From positions 22,521,021 through 22,585,020 of the forward strand of contig JARFYF010000059.1 of the NCBI GenBank assembly GCA_030265395.1: 64,000 bases of DNA, given 5' to 3'. The notes under the pieces were generated by a model that did not search any database, was not told the DNA's origin, and saw only the letters and a list, made by a program, of their open reading frames with translations. Positions 10,662 through 21,006 of the stretch are shown here, piece after piece (the first letter of the stretch is position 1; each line of letters begins with the position of its first letter). The stretch comes from Rhina ancylostomus. Its lineage: Eukaryota. The translations under genes and the position numbers were made by a program.

Positions 10662-12915
10662 ACTGCTTGTCAGTTATTGCTTATTGCTTGCCAATATCCT
10701 CTTCTCCTTTTCTAGAGCAGCCGACCGTACCTGAGGTAGCAATTATCTGTGGTACCTCACCCAGCTGGTGAGCTTATGAGCTTACTGACCGGCATAATTC
10801 TCCAAGCCTATTCTATTAATGGGCAAATCCCACTTCTGTTCTCATTGATGTGTGTGCAATTTGATTTTCCATTAGGAGTCACTGAATGGTGATAGTTCTC
10901 CCTCCCTAGCCCAGTGGTACTGTGGTCAATGCTATTGTCCAAATTGAGCTGCATTGGCTGAGAGAAGCCAGGATGTGAATCTGGTGCTCTCTGAGGGTGT
11001 GTGGTGCAGTTCCTCATGAAGTAATTCAGTCACCAGTTCACCTGTTGAGTGGGATCACCAGCCATATCCTCACCTCAACCCCTCTTCTCCTCATCCATGT
11101 CTTTATACCTCGCAGTTTGACTTCTGTGGTTGTCTCCTGGCTGACTGCTATTAGATGATTGCAAATTATTAAATACACTGATTTCACACCCCCTGGCCCT
11201 CCCTTCCTCCCTCCTCCCTCCATCCCTCCCCCCCTTCAACCACTGCGGCAGTGGCAGCAGTAAATTGATATCTCTGGATCTTTAGACCAAGCTATTGGGT
11301 TATTGGTCCAGTAATTTACTGGCTGTACTGCTGTACCCTCCATGTGACTGCAGTAATGGTTGATTCTTAATGTCTTACAAATAGGAGAGAAGGCCACTTA
11401 TTATTGTCAACCATCACGATGATCAACTGAGGATGAGCAATGTATGCGCACTTACCAGTACCTTCCAATAGCCTGAGAGGGTGCCCCCTTTTGCAACTGG
11501 GGGAGAGAATGGGTCTGGTACAGCAGACATGGCAAGTGTGCAGAAATAATTTTCAAATAAGCAAAAAGCACAAAGATGATATTAGCAGTAGATTCTTATA
11601 CATTGCTGATATGTTTGCAGAAAAAATTATGGTATTAAAAATAGATGAGCTATCCAATTCAACTGTAACCATGTTCTGATAATGTCTTTAATAACAGCTT
11701 TCATCACTGTTATTACCCTGCTTCCAGTGGCTGCTTTGATTATACATTTGCAAAAAAAAGATTTTGTGTAATCCCATGAGCCAACTTTATATTTTTAAAT
11801 CTTTCACAGAAGATGATGGAAATCTGCATTTTCCATTTCACTTTTTTATTACAATTATGTCAGATGCAGAATTGACCATGGAAGTCGTCTAGCGTGCAGG
11901 CAAGGGCAAATACGGATCTATTGAAGTAAGACAATCATACTGGCTCTCAATGCACGATTAATGTCACATTATTATGTCCTGGTCCAACACTTTTACTCTT
12001 CAGCAAATAACCATCAATCACCTGGCTGCTACCAATCTGATGTTTGTCATTGTAACTAAGCACTAATATATGGGGAGCTACCTCACTATTGGATGTGACA
12101 GGAAGATATAAATCTGCCTCAAGCCAACTGACTCAGAGTGACCAAGTGTGAATGGTGGGGGAGATGAATCCCAATACCAAAAGGCTGCAAATATATCAAA
12201 ACTGGATAAANNNNNNNNNNNNNNNNTGGGATTGCTGTTGTACTTTTTCACTGGATGTCTGTGTGCTGAACAACTCCGATATTGTAAAATGTCTCAGTGC
12301 TGTGCAGAGACAAAACAAAGGCTTGAGCAGTTGCAGAGACAAAGGTTTGGTGAGAGGACCAAAGCATGAAAGGGAAAGGTTTGAAGAGGTTTTTGCTGGG
12401 GAACTTGGGCAGCTCTCAGCTCTGGGAGAGAGTCTCAAATATGCTTTTTTGAACATTTAAAGTACTGTTCAATGTAAACAAATGATGTAGACTCTGATCT
12501 ACTTCACACAAACAAGCTGCCAACAAGTAACTTTGTTGTCAAGGATGCTTGTCAGAAGCAGTAAGGTAGACAACTGCCCCTTTAAATATGGTGCCCAATG
12601 GTAAATATAATGAATAGAATAAAATTCAATGAATACAAGGAAGTAACTTCCTTTCTAACAATGAGATTTAGGTGTTTACATTCAACATTTACTTCTATTT
12701 AACTCTTCCCTTATGTTGTCAGATAATACCAAAGGGTAAGTTTACTGATCTCCCAGTCTAACTGCAGATGCTCTGCTACACTGTTGTTCTAATTCTCTGA
12801 TCTGTTCTCTCTTTGAGCACAGCTCCCTACTGGGAGCTCAGGACAGGTAAATCTACCCTACGATCCCTTCCTTGGGCGAGTTCCAGTTCTGTTCATGGAA
12901 TCCTATTCTGAAGGC

Positions 12916-13084
12916 CAGGTTCCAAATTCATTCATAGACTTGAGTTCAAATCCAGTTCACAGGGTTTGAGTTGCAAGCCCATTCACAGGGTTCAGCTTCC
13001 AATCTCACTTTCAGGCTCTGAGTTCCAATGACATTCACAGGTTTTGAGTTCCAATGGTATTCACAGAGCTCAGGTTCCAATCCC
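12916..13084 (+). repeat. 26-bp minisatellite, ~6.5 diverged copies (consensus ~TGAGTTCCAATCCCATTCACAGGGTT)
   Basis: Units start at 12916, 12941, 12967, 12993, 13019, 13045, 13071. Confidence 0.85.
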
Positions 13085-13169
13085 AGTCTTGAATAACATT
13101 GAACTTTGCGCTTATGCAATTTTCAGTTGGGTTACGACACACAGTACTTCATGGGATGCAAGGATTATC

Positions 13170-13375
13170 AGGGTCATTGTGTCATACTGCAGAGAAAGAA
13201 GCCAATTGCCCATCATGCCTGTGCCAGCTCTTTGAAAGAACTGTCAAATTACTGGCACTCCCCTCAGAGTTTCCCTACAGCCCTGCAGTTTTGTCAAAGG
13301 ATATATTCAATTCCCTTTAGAAAGTTACAGTTGAACTTGCTTCCCTTCTCCATTCAGGCAGTACACTCCAGATAG
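13170..13375 (-). mobile_element. Old CR1 tail
   Basis: GCCAATTGCCCATCATGCCTGTGCCAGCTCTTTGAAAGA..TATATTCAATTCCCTTT..TCAGGCAGTACACTCCAGA; mirror of 31665-31890. Confidence 0.6.
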
Positions 13376-13477
13376 TTGCTGCACTTTCCCAGTTGTTTAT
13401 CAAGCCAGCATTAAGCACACTGTTCGACCAGCTCCCCACATCTACTGGCCAAGTGGGTGTGCTTTCCCTACTTGTTC

Positions 13478-13745
13478 CCAGGATGTGGCCATTGCTGAAA
13501 AGGCTGGCATTTATTGCCCATCTCAGGTTTACCTACACCTACACTCATTTCAGATGAGGGATATACTTCAGAAGACAATTAAGAGTCATTGGGATGGGAC
13601 TGGTGTCACAGGTAGGCCAGACTGGGTATGATGTTTCCTTCTGTGAAGGACATCAATAAACCAACTAGTTTTCAAGACAGCTGTGTGGTCATTTTTGTAG
13701 ATACTGGCTTTTTTGATTTACAGATTTTTAAAAACTAAGTTTGAA
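13478..13745 (-). mobile_element. tRNA-SINE/LINE-tail fragment (tail shared with 19050-19380 family)
   Basis: GGATGTGGCCATTGCTG..GGCATTTATTGCCCATC is the reverse of the tail at 19325-19355; followed by SINE body GGACTGG.GTCACA.GTAGGCCAGAC..AAGGACAT. Confidence 0.6.
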
Positions 13746-15114
13746 AGTCACAATCACCTCTGATCTCCAATCTAATATAGCCCTGTGAGGACAATAATAA
13801 GTTTGACTACTTGGCTGTGAAGAAAGGGCTTTAGTTTATTTACAAGCTATGAGCATTGCTGGTTAGTCGAGCCTGATCTAATGCCTCCAGAAGGAAGGAA
13901 AGAGAGCTGGAGAGGAAGGAGAGAAAAAGAATTAAAGGAACATATGTGCAGAAAAATTAATTATACAAACACATTGTGTGAAAGAGAAAAGAATTGCTAT
14001 TAAAGAACTGTTCAGCAGTTAGAGGGTTAAATGCAGTTCTCTGTAATCAAATTAACATTAATTATTTAATTAATTTAAATCCAATGTTCCGCAGCATGAT
14101 TGATACCCAGATACTTTTCAATTAGGCTGGCTTGTTAACAGTTGGAATCCAGTCCTTTATTTCTCCTGTAATTTGTTCCACGGATTTTCTGACGGCTGCT
14201 GTATTCTTTTTCAGGAGCAGATATAAGCCATACAGACACTCAAACCTGTTCCAATGTTCAGTTTGATCATGGTTCAGCTATCTTTTTAAATCCAGTTGCC
14301 CTTAATTCCTGGAAGAGGGAAGTAGAATTCCAGATCTCCACTGCCCTTTTCATACACCCTTCCGTGACTGCTGAATATTCTCATGACAAGGTAGCTTGCC
14401 CAGAGAACTAGTAGGTAAAGCTATAATTGTGGAGCTTTCATCTTTAAGTACACCTAGGCACTGGTACATCAAGCAAATGTTGCTGCATTTGAACTGAGTA
14501 TTGATGAAGATTTTCTTTTTCCCCCTCCTGGCCACAGAATTTTTAAGATTGCTGAAAACAGGAAAAATGGTCAGGAAAGGATATTGAGCAGGATGTTCCA
14601 TTCATTGATTTAAACAAAGGGCAAAAATGGGCAGCCTCGCTCTTGGGTTCTACATCATTCACTGTGCCCAAATAATCTCATAATCCAGGGGAAGGAATAG
14701 AAAAGTCTGCCATTGCCATGTGACATGCATGAGTAGGTTTCTGGTTAGCTGAAGGAGAGGGAAAGTGTGATGCTGTAAGAAAAGTTTGTTTTCAGTCTCT
14801 GCAATGCAGTGTTGGAGATTTCTGTTTAGGGATTCATTAACAACAAGCATTTACAGTGAATCCAAAATATTTCACAACCAATTGTGAGGACATAGATATC
14901 AGTTATGCAGACCTTTTAGAAATGTGTCATTGTATATACCTATTAGTGAACATCCCTTCTAAGAGATCTATCATTGATTCACGCCAGAATAATAGATTTG
15001 TTTTCATTATTGATCTGCAGTTGAGTCAATGTAATCACCACTGCTACATAGCAAGATTGAAAAGGCGATTGCATTTCAATTATGGAGAAACTGTTTTTTC
15101 TTCAAGAATAACAA

Positions 15115-15992
15115 AATAACAACTTGCACTTATTTAGTGGCTTTAACATAACAAAATGTTCCAAAGTGCTTAAGACGCATTATCAAGCAAAATTTGACAC
15201 CGTGCACATTAGGGCTGGTAACCAAAAACTCAGCCAAAGAGAAGACTGCAAAGAATTATATTAAAGAAGGAAAGACAGTGGGTTTACAGAGGCAATTCCA
15301 GAGCTCAAGGGCTTGGTAGCTTAAAGCACTGCCACCGATGGTGGAATGATTAAGTGGAGGGATGGTGAAGGGATCAGAGGTGTAGGATGGTAGATGTCTT
15401 TGGAAGTTGTAATATTGGAGACGATTATCAAAGTAGGGAGCCGCGAGATCTTTGAGAGATTGTAAGACAATGATGAAGGTCTTAATCCCCAAAATATACA
15501 GTAGATCCCAGAAATCTGAAAGAAACAAACTTAAATGCTGGGAATACTCAGCAGGCCAGGTGGCACCAATGAAGAGAGGAACAGAGTTACCATCTTATGA
15601 AATGTCAATGATATCAGACTGAAGATATCAGAATCAATACAGAAAATTATATTGAAAATCAGTGCGCTGGATAAGGTTTCAGTCGTGGAGAACTGAGATT
15701 GGGTAATACTGCAGAGGCAGTCTTAAGTGGCTGTGCAAAAACTTGTTTGGAGGCTCGTCTCGGGGTTAAGCATGAAGCGAAAGTTGTGAGCAGGTTTGGG
15801 TCAACCTTTTCCATTTTCCAGGTAGAAAAACAGAGTTTGTGGTGGGGAGTGCAGGTAATGGCCTTAGTTATCCCAATGTTTACTCAGAGGATATTTTTGT
15901 TCAACCTGTAGATAATTTAGAAACAGTAGAAGTGTCAAGGGTGGTGACGACACGGTAGAGCTGGACGTCATCAGCATCTATATGGAAAATGA
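15115..15992 (-). mobile_element. L2 LINE: RT core to 3' tail, with a Penelope end fragment inserted at ~15507-15600
   Basis: Reverse: (Y/D)ADDVQLY at ~15955-15979; ORF 15256-15528 IKTFIIVLQSLKDLAAPY..STIGGSALSYQALELWNCL; tail GCAAGTTGTT. Confidence 0.85.
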
Positions 15993-17485
15993 GCCCAGCG
16001 AACTGGATCCTGATCAGTTGGTCTTAACCTTAGTGTAAATACAGCGCATAAGCCTAGCCCTTGAAAGGAGGCAAAGGAGAAAGGTTTGGAGGTTTGTTTT
16101 CTCAGTCTGGTATTATCCTGAGCTGTGAGCAGATTTAGCAGAGGATTGGGGTGCAGTAGTTCTTTATGGAGCCCAGCTGCATTTTGCACTGAACGGCTAA
16201 ACTTGTTGCCTACCACATGCCATCGAGTCTGTACCTTTTGAAATTAAGGAAGCAAGGCTGTGGGTCATCCAAGGCGCAGTGACAGGGCAGAGAGACTCAT
16301 TCTTTAAACAAGGACTAGGACATTAAGAGTGGAGGTGAGAACTTGGTTAGTTTCAGAACAGTAGTTATAAAATGTTGTGGTAAATGCAGGGAGGGGAATG
16401 TGGATGGACAGTTAGAATTTTGGAAGTGCGGTTTCAAATGAATTGCAAACATTTTTAACCTCTACCAATAATTTCAGATTTTTGCCTGCTGGTGGTCCCT
16501 AGGGAGGATCATTGACCACAAGATTCTTTTGTCATTTTGCAAGAAGTAACACATCAACATCGTCAGAAGAATAAATGGATGTAAAAAGTGCAGATAAAGA
16601 GAGACATTTTGCCTTGTAAGCCTTTTACCCCATTCAGTCCTCAATAGTGAATGATGCACAAAGCTGCTTAAGATCGGGTCAAAAGAAATCTAGACTAATA
16701 GGATACAAAACCTTTCTCTTCTACTTGTACCACCTTATTTCAAAACAATTTGGGAGTTTCCACTTAATTTTATTGGCCTGTGGTCAAAGCATAAAGGATT
16801 CCAGACCTCGTAAGTCAGAAGATTGGGTATTCATGTTTGATCCTAACATGCATTGGCAAATGCTGAAAAAGTATATTAAATTCTCTGATTGACATTTTTC
16901 ACTTTGAATATAAAAATCACCCAGAATTTCAGATTCCTCCTCTGCACTGGAACCTGCTTCCTAAATCCCTTTGGATATATGTCGTCTGCCTTAAAAAATC
17001 TTCAAAACACTTTGATCTTATTTTTGGTTGCATCCCCAGTTCTTCTAAATCCTCTGAGGTGACAATTAGCCTTCAGCTTAGGACAATTCAGTCAGTTATT
17101 AATGTGTGTGTATATTATATTATTATTGAAGCAATCACTAGTAAAAGTATTGGAGATGGGCAATAGTTATTATGAAGCAGTAGTTCATCACCACTAGATT
17201 GATGATGACATGACATGATCACTCATTAACAGACATTAATCAAACTGCCTGCTATGAGTAAATGCAACATATGGTGTACAGGCCTGGAAGCTCCCACATC
17301 TGATATCCAGTTGGATCCTCACAGCACAGAAGGCATCTGATTTACCTCCACACCCCAGACAAGTGAGGCAGTTGACCGAATGCTTGACTGCTCTGTAGTG
17401 ATGTCTGTTGGGTACTGAATCTTTGTTGATGCTCAGGAGGCCGTGATGGTTCCACGGTCAAGTAGCCCGGTAACACATTGCCATG

Positions 17486-17654
17486 GAGACACAAGAGACT
17501 GCAGATGTTGGAATCTGGGGCAACAACCAATCTGCTGGAAGATCTCAGCAGGTCGAGCAGCATCTGTGGAAGGAAGGATGCAGGGTTTCGACCTGAAACG
17601 TCAACGATTCCTTTCCTCCCACAGGTGCTGCTTGACCAGCAGATTGTTTGTTGC
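17486..17654. mobile_element. Palindromic Penelope-derived mini-element with partial hammerhead core and 12-bp TSD
   Basis: Inverted arms CAACAACCAATCTGCTGG..GGTCGAGCAGCATCTGTGG / CCACAGGTGCTGCTTGACC..AGCAGATTGTTTGTTG around GATGCAGGGTTTCGACCTGAAACGTC; AACACATTGCCA at 17472-17483 and 17655-17666. Confidence 0.85.
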
Positions 17655-18754
17655 AACACATTGCCAAGACTTGGAGGTGAAGAACATCTGTGTGGAGACA
17701 AGAGGCAATGTGCCAGCTCTCGTCTCCCTCAGCATCTTGAGGAAAGGTGGGGAGAAACCGAGAACAAAAGGGCAATTTAACTGTTCAGCGTAACTGAATT
17801 AAGAAACAAAATTCCTTGTTCCAACCCGATGGTTTTGAGGTAGTTATTGGTGAGCCAACTCTCCCCTCCTTTGAGAAATTTCTGCATTCCCCAAATTCAC
17901 AGCAGTCAAACCTTCAGAAAGCCACAATTCCCTCCCCTATGTTAACAGCCATTCTAACATTCCAAATCCAGAATTTTCTTTCCCAACAACATTGTGTCTC
18001 TCCTTCCACTTTTGCATAAATACATAAATAAAAATGTTTTTTCAATAGCCATCACAGAGTGGCAATTCACAACTATTTATATTCAAGACTGAGTGCTGGC
18101 TTATTAATAATTAATAAGAAATCAAAGCATTTGGGGGCCACAACAACATATTATTTATTTACTTTGCTTTGTTTTTCTGCAGATCATTGACACGAAAGAG
18201 GTGCTCAGAAAGTTAAAAGATTTGGACTCTGCTGGAAACAAAACCCTGTAAAGAAGTCTTCTGAGAACGGCTCCGGTAGGTGAGTGCCCAGAAGGGTGAA
18301 GAGGACTCTAGCTTAGTGTGAGTAGGCAGCCTACCACCAACACAGCTTAACTGGAGGCAAAGATTCCTAGACAGAAGCACGTCAGTTTACATTTAATTTA
18401 TTGTAGGATATTCCTAACTACCTCCAGACCCAGACAGATAATGGTTTAACAGGCATTCTGGTTTGACTTAAGTCCTTGGTAGTATATCTATGGATCAGAT
18501 TTCATAGTCAATGAGTAAAATGCTTAAGCTCATTCCTGCCCAGTAAGAGGACACTATATCACCAGAAGCATTTCCAGATGTTGAGGGCACTGTGGAAACA
18601 CAGGCAGGATATTGTTGCAGTAGCACATTGCCATCTGCTGTTGGACTGGGACCTTGAAAACAGAGTTCTGGATGTAGAGATGATACAGATGTTATTGCTA
18701 AAGTGCAGGGCTCCATCAAAACTGAAAATACTTCTCCAGTTATTGGTCTGCATT

Positions 18755-18873
18755 AATTGTGGGAGTTTGCCATGTGCAAATTGGGTGGCGTGTTTCCTGC
18801 CTCGCAACAGTGACTACATTTAAAAATGTCATTGGTTGCAAAGTGCTTTGGGACATGCTGGGGTCATGAAAGA
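18755..18873 (+). mobile_element. Deu-domain SINE 3' fragment
   Basis: TTGTGGGAGTTTGCCATGTGCAAATTGGGTGGCGTGTTTCCT..AACAGTGACTACA..AAAGTGCTTTGGGACAT. Confidence 0.8.
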
Positions 18874-19046
18874 CAGGGGAGAAATGAAAGATCCAGTTAG
18901 CTTAGGTAAGATAATGAATTCAGATTTCAACACAGTGATGTCAACGGAGAAGAACTCACTCGATAGTTTATTGTTGGCAAAAGAGAAGATTTCAAAGGGA
19001 CCCAGATGGCAGCAATATTAATAGAGAGGAAAGAAAGGTAGAGACA

Positions 19047-19380
19047 CTACAAGGTGCATTGCAGTAATTTGCCCAGGCTACACCTTCCAAACTCACGATC
19101 ACCGCAAGCATGAAGAATAAGGGCAGAAGGTGCACTCGAACATTCCCAGCCACTTTCCCTTCAACTCACACACTGTCTTTAGTTGAAATATAACATTGGT
19201 CCCTCATCATCACTGGGTCTTTATCCTGGAACTCCCTACTCAATAGTACTGTGGGAGCACCTTCTCCAGAAAACCTGCAGCAGTTCAAGAGAGCTTACCA
19301 CTATCTTCTGGAGGACCTCCAGGAATGGGCAATAAATGCTGGCCTTGTCAACGACAACCAGTTTCTGAAAAATGAATAAA
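19047..19380 (+). mobile_element. CR1/L2-group LINE 3' end (second family); other copies 51820-52010 (+), 62248-62310 (+), 37325-37380 (-)
   Basis: Encodes SWNSLLNSTVGAPSPENLQQFK..HYLL; tail GGGCAATAAATGCTGGCCTTG..AATGAATAAA. Confidence 0.75.
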
Positions 19381-19679
19381 TTTTTTTTAAAAGTCCTGTT
19401 TATTAAAGAATGGTCAGTTCTCAGTTCAGCTTTGCCTGTCTTGCACCAAAGGTTGTTCTTAGGCTAAATGATTTGCTGGCAAGAAAGGATTAAGCAGACG
19501 GTGAGTAGAGGAGGATGCAGGGTTGGCGTTGACCTGTGGGGTATGGGTGAGTAGGCCAAAGTGGCTTTTCCTGGTCCTAATAAAAAAATGATGTGGCTGA
19601 AGGCCCACCCAGCAGAGGTCTGCAGCTCGGGCAAACCCACCTTCCAACCCTACCTAGATTAAACATCATTAACAAATCA

Positions 19680-19811
19680 CTGTCTGTGGGAGCTTGCTAT
19701 GCACATGTTGCCAGCTGTGTTTCCCGTATTACAGCAGTTACTTCATTGTCTGTAAATCTCTTTGGGAGATCCCGAGGATGAGGAAGGTGCTAATGAAATG
19801 CAAGTCTTTTT
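19680..19811 (+). mobile_element. Deu-domain SINE 3' fragment
   Basis: TGTGGGAGCTTGCTATGCAC..CTGTGTTTCC..TTTGGGAGATCCCGAGG..AAATGCAAGTCTTTT. Confidence 0.75.
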
Positions 19812-20607
19812 ACTGCTGGAATTGGATCTGCTGTCTCCTCTTTACATGTGCCACCTGGTCCAACAAGACTGGTTCACTGTCTTTGAGTACTTGGCTGACA
19901 CATAACCCCTCACCCCTTAATTTCTCTCTCCTGTAATTTTGTTTTTGATGGCATCTCGTCATTTGCTTATTTGACTTATTTTCCGTTTTTCAATCTGACA
20001 TGTCCTTTCACTAAAAGCTTTTGGCATTGCCACAGCTTGGTTGCCAAACCTGCAGAAATATTCAGGAAGTAAAGATTAATCTCCTGAATCCTGTTATGAG
20101 CAAACCTCGAAAGAAAAATTATCAGAGATATTTAACGAAGATTGTTGGATTACATTTTTCTTTTTTGACACTTGTGCGTCATGAAAAATATAAGTAGATA
20201 GAATAATAATCAGTTTAACTGGCCACAATGGTCAATGCTGAAACATCAAATGATGATACCTCCATAACTACACACAAGCAAAGGGAACAGCCTTAATTGC
20301 ACATCTCAAGGTGAGTTAAACTAACATAACACAGACCAGGGACTGAAAATGGAAACTCATTCACGTCTCTTGTTGGAAAGCGTTTTCATTTTGCTATGAA
20401 TAGTTAGTTGATATTTTTCTTCCTTCCATTGTCGGTATTACATTTCAGACAAGGCTATGTGGGGACATGTAACTGACCCAGTCAGTCTTCCAAAGCTGGA
20501 AAATTAGTTTCTTGGGGCCCTGATGCTGTATGTGTTGCAGGCTGCCTCTGTAACGCCTGCTCACTTCTTGTGTTTGGTTTAAAGGCATTTTTTTTTAAAA
20601 AGGAGAC

Positions 20608-21006
20608 AGAATTTTTAGCACCATTCACAAACATCTCAAAGCATCTTCAAATTGATTGTTTTAATCTAGGAAATGTGGCAGTTAATTAGGACACAGCAAA
20701 CTACCACAACAGCAATGTGATATTGATTGGGTGGTCTGATATAGAAACGAGGACTGAGGGATAAATATCTGCCAAGAGACTAGAAGAACATTGCTCTTCT
20801 TTGAAACAATGCCATGGGATCTTTAGTGCATGCTTGAAGAATGTAGGTGATGCATCAGTTTAATCTGAAAGTCAGTATCTCCAACTGTGCAGCACTGCCT
20901 CAGTACTGCATGGGAGCATCAGTCTGGATTTTAATACCCAAGCACCTAAAGAAGGACTTGAACCAACAACCTTCTGGTTCAGAGATGTGAATACTTGCAA
21001 CTGAGC
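20608..21006 (-). mobile_element. Near full-length Deu-domain SINE (SacSINE1-like)
   Basis: Reverse: GCTCAGTTG..CAGAAGGTTGTTGGTTCAAGTCC (B box)..CAGTACTGAGGCAGTGCTGCAC..AAAGATCCCATGGCATTGTTTCAAAGAAGAGC..ATATTTATCCCTCA. Confidence 0.85.

Noticed and set aside
10732-10759. let-7-like sequence TGAGGTAG with a small hairpin (TGAGGTA..TACCTCA)
   Set aside because: Match ends after 8 nt and the stem is only about 7 bp; no pre-miRNA fold
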